Assembly (NCBI GenBank): GCA_963771885.1
Contig: CAVYVF010000022.1
Span: forward strand, 332,668 to 396,667
Source of the DNA: Candidatus Bathyarchaeota archaeon
GTDB lineage: Archaea > Thermoproteota > Bathyarchaeia > TCS64
Direction: 5' to 3'
Length of the DNA: 64,000 nucleotides
The notes under the pieces were generated by a model. That model was given only the letters and a program-made list of their open reading frames with translations. It had not been told where the DNA came from and searched no databases. Position 1 is the first letter of the stretch; the number at the start of each line of letters is the position of its first letter. The translations under genes were made by a program, and so were the position numbers. This document shows positions 39,299-50,679 of the stretch, piece by piece.

Positions 39299-41485
39299 GT
39301 GAATAAAATTTCTCAACTTTTACTGCTCTCCATTGGCGTCTTGCTTTTACTGGTCTCATCTATCTCAACAGCAGCCAAGTCTACAAACCTCTGCAATGAA
39401 TGCCATACTAGTTACAGCCAATATCTCGATATACTCGAAGACAATGCAAATGAAATAATTCCTCAGACAATAGGCGTAGGAGAAACTAAAACCGTTACCA
39501 TTCAGGTCAATAACCAATGTAACTCAAAAAGCTATACAACTCTGACAAATGTGCGCTTAAATCTCTCGTCAAAAAACGGTCTATTTCAGATAACCAACCC
39601 AACCTACATAGTTGGCACAATGAGTATAGGATCAAAAACAGCGACTTGGCAAATAACTGGGTTAACCAGTGGCTCGGATGAATTCGTAATAACTGCACAG
39701 GGAACAAACGCCCATAATCAGCTGACTTTTCGCGACATTTATGGCCCAGTGAAAACCCTCACAATAACAACCCCACAGCCAACACCAAAATACGCCGTAT
39801 TTGTAACGATCAGGGACACCACAACTTCGAATCCGCTTCAAGGGGTGATCGTAAGCCTCGGTGGGGCACAGAAAACAACAACTAGTAACGGAACGGTCTC
39901 ATTCAGCGTCGAAACCGGTAACTATTCTCTAGAAATATCTAAAGATGGCTATACAACATCTCAGGAGACAATTACACTAAGCGCTACAACAACCATTACA
40001 CGAACACTTGCCCCAACGTCTCTACCAAGCTACACCTTAAAAGTTAATGTAAGTGACTCAAACGCTCTCCCACTTCAATCAGCCAACGTCACAATAGCGG
40101 GAATTCAGAGACTCACCGATCAAAGCGGGCAAGCCTCATTCAACCTTCAATCTGGTATCTACACTGTAATAATCACTAAAAACGGGTATCTCCCCTATAA
40201 TGAAGCACTCACAGTATCAGCTAACGCGACTCTCTCAGCAACACTCACCACCATACTCCCTGAAACAGTTTTAATCAAGATCGTAGTAACCGACTCAATA
40301 ACTCAGACACCTATCAACGAAGTCGAGGTGAGACTCGGCGGAAAAATACAACAAACGAACACAATGGGGTTAACCACATATAGTCGACTTAGCGGAGAAT
40401 ATCTGCTTGAGCTCGTAAAAACTGGCTATATTTCATACGCAGAAAACGTCACCATTACTGCAAACGCAACAATTGAGAGAGGTCTGGATCCCGAGCAAAC
40501 GCCCGCAGAATCACTTCCACTGATGGTATACATCCACCCCCCAATCGCCATCACTGCTTATCTTTTGACATTCACTCTTACTGCCCTGTTATTTTCCAAC
40601 CTCGAGTCGAAGAGCATGCTATGGGTTGGATACGCGGCCTGGATCATGTCAATACTTGGCATGATCACTGGAATGATATGGGCTGAAAATGCATGGGGAT
40701 CATATTGGTCGTGGGAGCCGAGGGAATCCGCGATGCTAGCGATCACGGTGCTGATTTCCCTCACTATGATAACGCTAATAGAGAAAAGAAGGATCTTCGC
40801 CAAACCTCTTGCCTTGGCATCCTGCATCGCAATCGTTGTCACTCAGCAGATCTATTTCCTTGTAGCTGGAATTCTCGCCGTCTTGATTGTGGTCGTATTA
40901 AGATCTGATCTTCTCCTCGGGATGGAGAAGCCAAAACGATATGCTGCCCTCATGAGGCTCAATCGGGACATCTCTTGGGTTTTCATCGCTGAATCGGCGG
41001 CTACTCTAGGTGCAGGTTATGTTATGACCCGACTACAAATCGAGCCGTCAACCACCCTGATTGTTCACACATACCTGGGTTACGGCTTCGTTGCTTTGTT
41101 GCTCCTCCACATCATTCTAAGCTTTGCGTATCCCTATCCGTGGTTAGGGTATCTTCGAGCACTTCGGGGAGGTATAACTTCTAACAAGTTGTTCGCTGTC
41201 GCTCAAGAACTCTCGGCAGTTGCGCTGATAATAATTGCCTTAGCACAGTTTATCACAGGCTTGAGTTGGCTCAATCCTGTCCTAGCAAATCTAGTGCCAC
41301 TTAGACTTCACGTTGTTCTTGATAATGCCCTCATCTATCTACTCATTGTTCACGGATTGATCGGAGTAAGATCTGTTTTGCTAAGAAGAGGTTTGAGAGT
41401 GCCTGGAGCCAACTTGACTTGGGTTATCATTGCCTTAGTCATTCTCGGGGCTTTCCTTTACATTCAATACACTAACCTGTGGTAA
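39299..41485 (+). CDS. Fusion: signal peptide, CxxCH domain, Ig-like stalk, CcsA/CcmF-type WWD heme-lyase domain, His-paired cytochrome b-like membrane module
   Basis: CNECH at aa 32-36; three beta-sandwich repeats; IHPPIAITAY; GMIWAENAWGSYWSWEPRE; two TM repeats each with H-x13-H. Confidence 0.8.
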   Translation: MNKISQLLLLSIGVLLLLVSSISTAAKSTNLCNECHTSYSQYLDILEDNANEIIPQTIGVGETKTVTIQVNNQCNSKSYTTLTNVRLNLSSKNGLFQITNPTYIVGTMSIGSKTATWQITGLTSGSDEFVITAQGTNAHNQLTFRDIYGPVKTLTITTPQPTPKYAVFVTIRDTTTSNPLQGVIVSLGGAQKTTTSNGTVSFSVETGNYSLEISKDGYTTSQETITLSATTTITRTLAPTSLPSYTLKVNVSDSNALPLQSANVTIAGIQRLTDQSGQASFNLQSGIYTVIITKNGYLPYNEALTVSANATLSATLTTILPETVLIKIVVTDSITQTPINEVEVRLGGKIQQTNTMGLTTYSRLSGEYLLELVKTGYISYAENVTITANATIERGLDPEQTPAESLPLMVYIHPPIAITAYLLTFTLTALLFSNLESKSMLWVGYAAWIMSILGMITGMIWAENAWGSYWSWEPRESAMLAITVLISLTMITLIEKRRIFAKPLALASCIAIVVTQQIYFLVAGILAVLIVVVLRSDLLLGMEKPKRYAALMRLNRDISWVFIAESAATLGAGYVMTRLQIEPSTTLIVHTYLGYGFVALLLLHIILSFAYPYPWLGYLRALRGGITSNKLFAVAQELSAVALIIIALAQFITGLSWLNPVLANLVPLRLHVVLDNALIYLLIVHGLIGVRSVLLRRGLRVPGANLTWVIIALVILGAFLYIQYTNLW

Positions 41486-41522
41486 TATAATTGCGCATAT
41501 AGAAGTGCGCGCGAATAGATGT

Positions 41523-43860
41523 TTATTTTCGCTTTAATAGAATAAGCACGGCGACGCCGAGGATAACACCTGCCACGATTTCCTCATACATATATCCGGG
41601 TACCCCCCCCAGGCGAGCCTCCTGTTAATTTTGCTTGCAGGGTGATCGAGGTTGAGGCGACTGATCCAGCGATAACTGTGGCTGAGCTTGAGCTCGATTC
41701 GTAGCCATTATACGATGCTTGGAACGTGTAGCTGCCCGCTGCGATATTGTTGAATGTGAGTGACCCATCAGATCCTGAGACTCCGCTAAGGGCTGATTGC
41801 CCGTTTGGTACATTAGTCGATGATATGTTTGCTCCGGGAATTGATTTCCCCACCTTGTCGAGGACGGTGAGTTTAACCCCGCCGGTTGTCACCGATGGCT
41901 GGGAGATCGTAAAAGACATTGAGTCAGAGCCGTATGGCTGGGCTTTGAGGTGGAGGGTATAACTACCAACACTTAGCTTGGATGTATCCACCTTCGCCTC
42001 ATAGTAACCTCCGTTTAACCCAATATTTCCCTCGTCCACAACGGTTTGGTTGGCCGAGGTGATGTAATATGTGAAGCCAGGAGATGGATCGTTCAGTAGG
42101 GTACCGGCGAAGCTTTTTACGATATATTCCACTGTTAGGGTTTCGCCTCTGGCAACTAATTGCCTAGTTTCTTCTCTTGCGATTAGTCCAGGCCTCGATG
42201 GAGTCCTCAGTAAGTAGATTGGGTTCCATACCAGCGTAACATCTTGTTTTCCCGGGACGAAGATGAAAGGACCGGTGCCTACGAGTTTCGTCAAACCCTT
42301 AACAGTCGGGTTGGCTTCCTCCCAAGGCTTGAAGTTAAGCGGCTCTGAAATGTCACCCCAGATGCGCTCAGACATAAAGGTAAGCCAGTTGAGGGCGTAT
42401 ATGAGCCTGAAACCGGATTCATTTAGATAGATAATAATTGTATTATCGTCGGGTGTCTCAACTTTGGCTACCTTGCTGATGATTTCCTTATAATTTGGTA
42501 AATCATGAGTTCTGAGATAATCGATGCAGAAACTATAATCCCTGGAAGTGAATTGTGCGCCGTCCTGCCAGAAAATGCCTTGTCTCAGATTGAATTTGAC
42601 TTTCATGCCCTGAGAACCCGTTGGTGTTGTCCATGCCTCTGTTGACCAGCTGCTGGCGAGCATAGGCTCATCCTCCCCCGTCGAGGGGTTGACGTATATC
42701 ATGGGACTGTAGACAAGTTGTAGTATCCCCCACTCCCTGAACGAGTCGGCTGTACATGGGTTTAGTGTTGTCAGGTTCCCAATGATGCTCCCTTGGAGAA
42801 TACCCCCGTAATTCTGGTTGTCTATGCTGAGGTTGGTGTAGCTCCAGATGTTATCGACGCCCAGCCCCGGAATGTTGACTACCCCGGAGAGTCCTGAACT
42901 CCAAGCTGACTGGGTATACGGCGCGAGAACTGGAACACAGGGGAGTAACTGTGATACCCTCTCCTGCGCTGCTAGGGCAGCCTGTCTGCACTCGTCTTCC
43001 GTGGCGCCTGTCCACATCATCTGAAGACTGGTATCGAGGATCTGATCGTGGAGCCCTGAGTAGTTGCCTGTACCGTTTGTATCCTGTGAGGAGTGCAGCA
43101 TTGCGTAGAGGCCGAAGGGTATCCTCGTGAATGGGACGTACTGGACTAGCACATCGAAGTCCCTGCTGCTCGTTGTCTCCGCGAGGAGCTGACTCTGGGG
43201 TAGCGAAAGCTGCGTGCATTTGATGCCTATGGCGTTGGCATAGTATGCCGTCGCGTATCCAATATCCCAGAGGGTTCTGCTGCCTACTTGGGTTGGCGTC
43301 ATCAGCACGATCTCGAGTGTTTTACCTGTGTTCGGGTTTATTCTCCATCCAGTCTTCGTGTCGAGCTTATAGCCCGCATCCTCAAGCATCATTGCGGCGG
43401 CTTTCGAATCGAACTCAGGGACTATCGCCTCCTCGTTGATCCAGCTGGGCGTTGTCGTTGAATAACTGAGTGTGGGGGTGGCTCCTCCCCTCTCAAGGGT
43501 GTCGCAGATGTAGTCTCTGTTTATGAGCCTCGAGAACGCCTCCCTGAAGGCTTGGTCGTTGCAGGGGTTTCGCCGCGTGTTAAAGAATAGGTAGGCGACC
43601 GTTGTGCTTGTCGAGTTGACTATTTTGATGTTCGTTGATTGTAATTGTTCAGCCTGCGAGCCTGTGAGGAGTGGGATATAGTCGATTTCTCCGTTGGCAA
43701 ATATTCTAGCCTGATCGTTTTCGCTGAAGCGGGGGAGAATTCGCAGGTTAATCGAATCGAAATTGGGACCTGTAGGAACAGATGCTGTGGCTAATGGAAT
43801 TGGGGTTGAGAGTATAGCCAAGAAGAGAAGGGTGAGTAGTTTTTTCCACATTTTAATCAC
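41523..43860 (-). CDS. Family 5 ABC peptide-binding protein with C-terminal beta domains and PGF-CTERM-like anchor (frameshift in G8 run at 41603-41610)
   Basis: FREAFSRLINR, WQDGAQFTSRD, VGTGPF; with 7 G the C-terminus reads GGVPGYMYEEIVAGVILGVAVLILLKRK-stop. Confidence 0.82.
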
Positions 43861-45065
43861 TTTGTCTGTTCTGGAATAAACGCCTCCAGATAGGCGTTCG
43901 CTGTCGCCTGCGCCCGGTTATATAGATCGTAGGCAGATCTTTGGTCATTTACTACGCTGCTGACTCTGTCAGTGTATAAAACGGTCCCGGACCCGTCGGT
44001 TATCTTAATCGAGCAAATCTCCACACTGTTGGGGTTAATTGCTTCACCGCTGACATGCACGCTTATGGTCACGATGTAGCTGATCGGCCAGCCACCGTAG
44101 GGGTTGTAGCCGGGGAAAGTCTCAGGGGAAATTTTCCCCTGCTCATACAATTTAAGCTGAGCCTGCTGAGCAGCCAGGAACTCGGGTGAAGCGTCGAATA
44201 TGCCGACAGTGGGGTTCTGTCCAACTCCGTTAATCAACTCGATTCCAGGCATATCTCCATTGGGGTTGCTAGGTGGGGCTGTGCCAAATGTCCATAGAAC
44301 CGGCATTTCTAGGATGATCACTGGGTTAGTGCTGGCTGGGGGTGGGGTTTCCTCTGTTGATTGAGGGGTGGATTCGGACGGTAGCGGTGGGTCAGGTACA
44401 TCGCCGTCGGGGTAGACCGTATTCGGGTTTGATTCTGATGAGGTGTCTGATCCGCCGCCGGTTGACGGAGTGGGGACATACCCTGAGGCGAATGTGTACT
44501 TTACCGACCCGCTTGGAGGAGAGATGATTGATACGGCGGTCACTCGGGACATCTGGGTATCCGGCTCCGCATAGTTCTTGAGGAGCGCGCTGTTGCAGTA
44601 GAGTGCGATCGTGTTCCCTATCTTATGCATCGTCACCGCTACATTTGCGTTTGCGGCTTCATGGTAGCCATCTAAATGGATGGTATCCACGCCGTCTCTG
44701 TAGAAAACGTATTGGCTACGAGACCCGTCCGCCACCCAGAGGTAAGAGTGTTTCTCTGTGTAGACCTGGATATTTACATAGCTGTGGCCAAATCCTCCAA
44801 TCCATGAGCCGGTGGCGTCCACCTTCCAGTCAAATATCCCGGTGGGTACGCTGTATACGCCGACCGAAGCTCCACCTCGGAGGATTATACCCGGGCCAGT
44901 GAAGGTAATACCTTCGGGGTTTGTAAGAGTCCATCCGTTTTCTTTCATATCAGTTTGGTTTTTATAACCGAAGTTAGTAGACCATTGAGTTCCCTTTGCT
45001 GTCTTGTAGCCTACAGAAATGAAGAATAAGGTTATTAGTAAAATTAAAAAAAAGTATTTCTTCAT
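43857..45065 (-). CDS. Exported hypothetical protein
   Basis: Signal peptide MKKYFFLILL; beta-rich N-domain; S/T/P linker; stop overlaps the start of the SBP gene. Confidence 0.7.
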   Translation of the reverse strand: MKKYFFLILLITLFFISVGYKTAKGTQWSTNFGYKNQTDMKENGWTLTNPEGITFTGPGIILRGGASVGVYSVPTGIFDWKVDATGSWIGGFGHSYVNIQVYTEKHSYLWVADGSRSQYVFYRDGVDTIHLDGYHEAANANVAVTMHKIGNTIALYCNSALLKNYAEPDTQMSRVTAVSIISPPSGSVKYTFASGYVPTPSTGGGSDTSSESNPNTVYPDGDVPDPPLPSESTPQSTEETPPPASTNPVIILEMPVLWTFGTAPPSNPNGDMPGIELINGVGQNPTVGIFDASPEFLAAQQAQLKLYEQGKISPETFPGYNPYGGWPISYIVTISVHVSGEAINPNSVEICSIKITDGSGTVLYTDRVSSVVNDQRSAYDLYNRAQATANAYLEAFIPEQTK

Positions 45066-45281
45066 GTTAAGATATTTGACTCAATCTAAATATAGACTTA
45101 TTGCAATCTTGCGGGGTATTCTCGCTTCTTATGATGGGAGTGATACTCATCTCCGACACTCGCATCGATGCCTGTGCGGATTTATTCAGGAAGTTGTAGA
45201 ATATTGTGCGTTAATTAATTGTTAATTCGTTTATTTTTGAGGCTAAGAGTGCATTTGATATCGAGCCTCGAGCAATAATAT

Positions 45282-46466
45282 TTGATGAAAACCGCTGCTG
45301 AAAGACGCAGTCTCCGAGATATTTACCGCGATGGATTATTGAACGACACCATTCCCTTCTGGTTTCCGAGAGCGGTAGACCGCGAGAATGGGGGATTTTT
45401 TACATGCTTTGACCGTGATGGGACTCTGCTACAGGCTGATAAGGCGGTCTGGTTCCAGGGGAGGTTCACCTGGATGCTGGCGACGCTCTATAATACGGTT
45501 GAGCCGAGGGATGAGTGGTTAAGCCTTGCAAGGCACGGAGTCGAGTTCCTCAGGGAACATTGCTTCGACGCCGATGGCCGAATGTTCTTCAGCTTGACCA
45601 GGGAGGGGCGTCCGCTTAGGAAGCGACGGTACGTGTTTTCGGAGATATTTGCCATCTTGGCTCTGGCAGCGTATGGTCGAGCTGCTGGAGATAGTGGGGC
45701 TTCTGGAGAGGCTCTTGACCTCTTTAGAAAAGTTCAGGAATATCTGAAGACCCCTGGCGTGCTCGTCCCAAAGACTAACCCTGAAGTGAGGCCGATGAAG
45801 GGGCTGGCTATCCCCATGTGCATGATCGTGGCAGCGCAGGAGCTGAGGAAAACTCGACCCAGCCAGCTTCTCGACGACGTAATCGATAAAAACATCGTTG
45901 AAGTTGAGCGCGACTTCATGAAGCCAGAGTTCAAATGCGTCTTGGAGAATGTGGGGCCCAACGGCGAGTTCATCGACAACTTCGATGGACGCCTGATCAC
46001 TCCGGGCCATGCTATTGAAGTCGGCTGGATGATACTTGAGGAGGCGCGGCTCAGGAATAGGGATCCGCATCTTGTTGAGGTCGGAACCAAGATCATAGAC
46101 TGGTCCATGGACATCGGGTGGGATACCGAGTATGGGGGCTTATACTATTACCGAGACGCCAAGGGGCTTCCCTCGACGGAGTATTGGCATGACATGAAGT
46201 TCTGGTGGCCTCATAACGAGGCTATCATCGGCTCGCTCCTCGCATATCAGTTGACGGGGGACCCTAGGTACGAGAAGATGCATCGAATGGTGCATGATTG
46301 GGCTTATGGACACTTTCCCGATTCGAAGTTCGGGGAGTGGTATGGGTATCTGCACAGAGACGGGTCCCTCTCATCTCCTCTTAAGGGAAACATGTGGAAG
46401 GGCTTCTTCCACCTGCCCAGAATGCAGTGGTATTGCTGGCAGCGTCTGGAAGAAATGGGAGTGTAG
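45282..46466 (+). CDS. AGE-family epimerase (N-acylglucosamine 2-epimerase-like)
   Basis: PFW...D..NGGFFTC, KAVWFQGR, PGHAIE.GW, KFWWPHNE, KG.FHLPR. Confidence 0.9.
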   Translation: MMKTAAERRSLRDIYRDGLLNDTIPFWFPRAVDRENGGFFTCFDRDGTLLQADKAVWFQGRFTWMLATLYNTVEPRDEWLSLARHGVEFLREHCFDADGRMFFSLTREGRPLRKRRYVFSEIFAILALAAYGRAAGDSGASGEALDLFRKVQEYLKTPGVLVPKTNPEVRPMKGLAIPMCMIVAAQELRKTRPSQLLDDVIDKNIVEVERDFMKPEFKCVLENVGPNGEFIDNFDGRLITPGHAIEVGWMILEEARLRNRDPHLVEVGTKIIDWSMDIGWDTEYGGLYYYRDAKGLPSTEYWHDMKFWWPHNEAIIGSLLAYQLTGDPRYEKMHRMVHDWAYGHFPDSKFGEWYGYLHRDGSLSSPLKGNMWKGFFHLPRMQWYCWQRLEEMGV

Positions 46467-46575
46467 TTCACGCGTGCGCACTGAGACACTTGTTTTTTAA
46501 AAAGACGCCATTTTCGACGCCGTCAAGTCGGCGTTTACTAGCGGATAAAATACCGATGATGAGTGTGCGAGTTTG

Positions 46576-47079
46576 TCACTTCTTCTTGTAGAAGTTTACT
46601 TCGCAGATGGGGTCGCCGGCTGCGATCGTCTTGCCTAACTTGAAATCGGCGCCGACGGTCTTCGCGATGTTGCGGTCGCCGTCCATGGCTATATCGCAGA
46701 GGGTGGGTATCTCCTCCTTGGGGATGCCTGCCTTGAGCCACGCGGCGACGAGTGGACAGTAGTGGAACTGGATCTCGAGGGCGTCCTTGCTCCTCGTCTT
46801 GACCTCCATCTCGAAGGTCTTGATGCCTAGGGGGATGATGAAGGCGTCGGCGAACTCCTCGATCTTTCCCGGCGTCTTCATCTTGGCCTTGAATCCGGCG
46901 CCGTGCATGCAACCGGTCTGAGCGACTGCGGTGCGGGCGATTTTTTCCGCGTTTGCTCCCGCCTTCTTGCCCTCCATATAGGTAAGGCCCATCCAGGTGG
47001 CGCGGTGCTCGATGGCGTTTCTGTTTACGTTGATAAGCTCATCGTTCGTGATCTTTGGGTTATTGGTTATCTTTGCCAT
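46576..47079 (-). CDS. L-2-amino-thiazoline-4-carboxylic acid hydrolase-family protein
   Basis: FHYCPLVAAW..LCDIAMDGD..TIAAGDPIC. Confidence 0.75.
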   Translation of the reverse strand: MAKITNNPKITNDELINVNRNAIEHRATWMGLTYMEGKKAGANAEKIARTAVAQTGCMHGAGFKAKMKTPGKIEEFADAFIIPLGIKTFEMEVKTRSKDALEIQFHYCPLVAAWLKAGIPKEEIPTLCDIAMDGDRNIAKTVGADFKLGKTIAAGDPICEVNFYKKK

Positions 47080-47101
47080 GGGATCTCTCAGCATCCGTAA
47101 A

Positions 47102-50100
47102 CTACTGCTTAGTACCGATGAGGTTGGTTATATTCTGTTCCAACCTTGCGTCGAGCGCGCGCCTTTTTCTTATCCTCAAAAAGATAACACCCACTAAAAC
47201 AATACCAATGACAACTGAGATAGATGGATTTGAAGGAACACCCGTAGGAGTACTCTGTGAGCCAGACGTAACCGTCACGTTGACCTTCATAACATTTGAT
47301 AAGCCGTCACTCTGATAGGCAGTTACGGTGACGAGATATGTGCCAGGTTTGGCGTATGTGTGTTGATTTGCGAAGAACTTATCCTCCTCAACCCCGTCTC
47401 CCCAGTTCCAGTGGATTTTACTGATAATATGCCCCGGCATTCACTGGGACTGTGAACCCGTTGATTGAAGCAGTTAAACCTGTGATCTGTGGATCGTAGA
47501 GAGTTAACTTTGGCACACCTGTGCTTATCTTCAACTTATATTCTGCCCAGCCCTGGGTGGGGGTTACGGTGAGCATAGTTTCATCGTTTAGGGTTACTCT
47601 CAGGGTGTTGTTACTCATGAATGGTCTCGCCCTGAAAAGAATGTATTCGGCGTTTACTGGCTCGGGGATGTTTAAAACGGCGATCTTGCCGGGTCCTCCA
47701 CTCCAAGCATAATTTGCTGCTTCTCCCCATGAGCCGGGGTTATCATACCAACCTGATGTTAGATACTGTTTGGCATCCGTTGAACCTATGTCGATTTTTG
47801 TTAGGGTGGTGTTACTTCCGTCTAGGAATTCGACCCAGTCAAAGGCGACCGCCAAGTCCCTTGTGTCCGTTGAGTTCTTCACTAGTTCGCTTGGCTTCCC
47901 GACGCGGTCGAAGACGAACTTCACTACGCTGGGCACGAGTTGAGTGGGTTTGGTGAATGGAATAGATATCTCATGTGTACTCAGGTGATACTCTACGCAG
48001 ACGTAGTAGTATGAATCGTCGCTTGTAATTGATGATGCTAGTGGTTTTCCATCTATATACACCCTGAGAGCAGTTGTGTTGGTTTTAGGGCAGGTTATCC
48101 TAGCGTAGCCCTTCTTACCATCCTCTCCTGTTACGGTGAACTTTAGAGTATCAGATACTGCGGCGACTTGAAGGACTGTTGAGGATGTTACAATGGTGAC
48201 AACCTGCTCCTCCCCATTAACAGAGATAGTGGCAATTGTTGGTTTTGCCGAGAAACTTGAGAGTGGGAACCCATCCGCCAGAGTGACCTGCTTTTTACGA
48301 TAAATCGAATCGTATGCGGTAATATCGTAAGGATCGTCAAATATTCCATCTCCTCCAAGTTGGTCCTGTTTAGCTCCCGAGTAATCATCTATAGCTTCGT
48401 AGTTGCTCCAGTAGTTCCCACCAATAGGATACCCGTTATCCCAGGCAATGCCGGTGTTCGCGTGCTCGTACACAACTATTGGGTCATCGCGTGAAAAGAT
48501 CTTATTGTTATAGAATTTATCATTCGTGCAGTTCGTTACTCTGAAGCAGATTTGATAATGTGCTATAGTGTTATTGTAGACCTGAACACCTGATGATTGG
48601 AAAAGACATACTGCATACGAATCCTCTTGATCGTTACTGAGTCCAATAGAATTGCCGTAAATTGAGTTTCCATCTATATTTCCAATAATTTTATCAGGAT
48701 CTACGATTTTCATTCCTTTTGCCTCGGACCCTCCAACGTCAATCGCAACCGGATAATTATCAAGTAAAACGTTGTTCGAAATTCGGTTACCATTATTTTC
48801 GAAAAGAAGGTCTATTCCTATTCTGCTGTTTTTAATGACGTTTCCATTTATGTAGTTATTATTATTCTTGTCTAAAAGGAAGATGCCGATTGTTGTGTCC
48901 TCAATATGGTTACCTGCTATAGTGTTCGAGTTTGAGGAGACGCCTAGATTAATCCCGTCCCCGCATTCATATACATTATTTCCAACTATCTGGGTGTTAT
49001 TTGAGTAAACGAGTAATAAACCCCCTACTATATTATTTTTTAAAGAGTTGTGGTGGATGAAGTTATTATTTGATGCCGATAGTACTATGCCTGGAGTGAC
49101 TACTTGAGTCACGTTATTGCTGCCAATGTTGTTGTCATCCGACTCTTCCAAATAGATGCCTCTGCTTCCCGATTCATAGTATTGTTGGAGATGGAGTTGG
49201 AGTATGAATTTCTTAGATAAATGTTGGTAAATGTCGTTAAGTGTTAACTTGTTGTCTGTAATTTTGTTGCCGACAGAGTCAAAGATAGCTAACCCGGATC
49301 ATGAGCCCTTAGCGAGATTTCGTATGCAAGCCATTGTAGTTAGATCTCGTTTTCGGTGACAGTGTGATAATTGGCGCTGTTTTGCAGGACTACTCCACTA
49401 TCAGTATTGTTGAAGATCTTGTTATGAGTAATTTTGCAGTCTGTTCCCCCATCAATAATTACGCCGTTGAAAAAGTGGTCAATATGTTAGATTCTCAAGG
49501 GTTACTTTTTGAGCCTTTATGTAGACTCCTGTGTCGTTTACGTTTGAGATGGAGTGTTTGCCTCCGTCAAAGATGCAATTAGTTCGGTAAATCTGTACAG
49601 GAACTATTAGTATTGGAAGTCAGTGTGTATGTATTTCCCTTGACCGTAACTGGTGCGTCGATTGGGGTGATGGTTCCATCCTCTTTAATGATGATGGAAT
49701 CAGAGCGAGTAAGGTATGCGATTGAGTTGATATGTTCAAATGTGTTCCCAGCGATGACGCAGGGGGGACTGTTTGACCCGTTTATCTTTACAATAGTCGC
49801 CTTTTTCAGTAGAAAGGTGGCGGTGAAGGTCATCGGGGAACCGTAGCGATATAGTGAGTAGGATCTTAGGGATCATCCGTTATCAAATTCTGGGACGTTA
49901 GCAGCCTTTGTAGCTGTAAATCCCCAGTTTATGACTGCACCATCTTCCATTTTGTAAATTTGACCTATGTAGGGGTAACCTGTCTCCACTACAGGGCTCA
50001 TGGATACGATGTCTACATCTCCATAGTATACTCGCATTTCGACGCTAGGAGAGCGCGGACATGCCCTCCTTCAAGCATGATATTACTAAGGTTACAGTCA

Positions 50101-50344
50101 AAGTGCTATTGTTTTTGACTTTATTTGTAGAAAGACTTAAATCCATCACGGTGCGATATCCATCTGCCACAGTGAACTCTACATGCTTCTTATCATTGAA
50201 GAAGCCTGTTCCATCCCAAACGTTACCACTAACATTGATTGTATGTTGAGTGCTTACACCCGATAATAATAGAATTAAGATGACTATCAGAGTGGATACA
50301 CGCGGGACAAATCCCATAGGATGACCCGTAATATCCTCAGACAT
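47102..50344 (-). pseudogene. Large surface protein with NosD/right-handed beta-helix and PKD domains, broken by several indels
   Basis: Consecutive ORFs 50045-50344 (signal peptide), 49579-49833, 47418-49151 (Asn-rich beta-helix, WDNGYPIGGNYWS), 47102-47440 (PKD WNWGDG, TM, RIRKRR). Confidence 0.75.
47116..47153. repeat. 38-bp imperfect palindrome, copy 1
   Basis: cgatgaggttggttatattctgttccaaccttgcgtcg; 34/38 identical to 50496-50533. Confidence 0.9.
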
Positions 50345-50495
50345 CGAACATCCCTTATCAATTACTAATACTAAAATGTCTGATACTATAACATTTTCGC
50401 GCGCTAAGTTGTTAAGAAATCAATACAACCTACCCCAATCACTCATTGATTACGCGTACAGTTCATGTTGCGTAGGCTAAACACAATCGCACGCG

Positions 50496-50533
50496 CGATG
50501 AGGTTGGTTATATTTTGTTCCAATCCTACGTCG
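50496..50533. repeat. 38-bp imperfect palindrome, copy 2
   Basis: cgatgaggttggttatattttgttccaatcctacgtcg; same orientation as copy 1. Confidence 0.9.
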
Positions 50534-50679
50534 GGAAGTACTTTTGAAAGGCTCCAATCGACTCCAAAAATGATTAGGCCTATGAATTCACCTGCCTTTT
50601 TCCAGCGTGTACAATCGGATAATTTGTATAAATTTAGGGGGTACGCTTATTTCCTCCATACACATCTAGGGATATTGGT

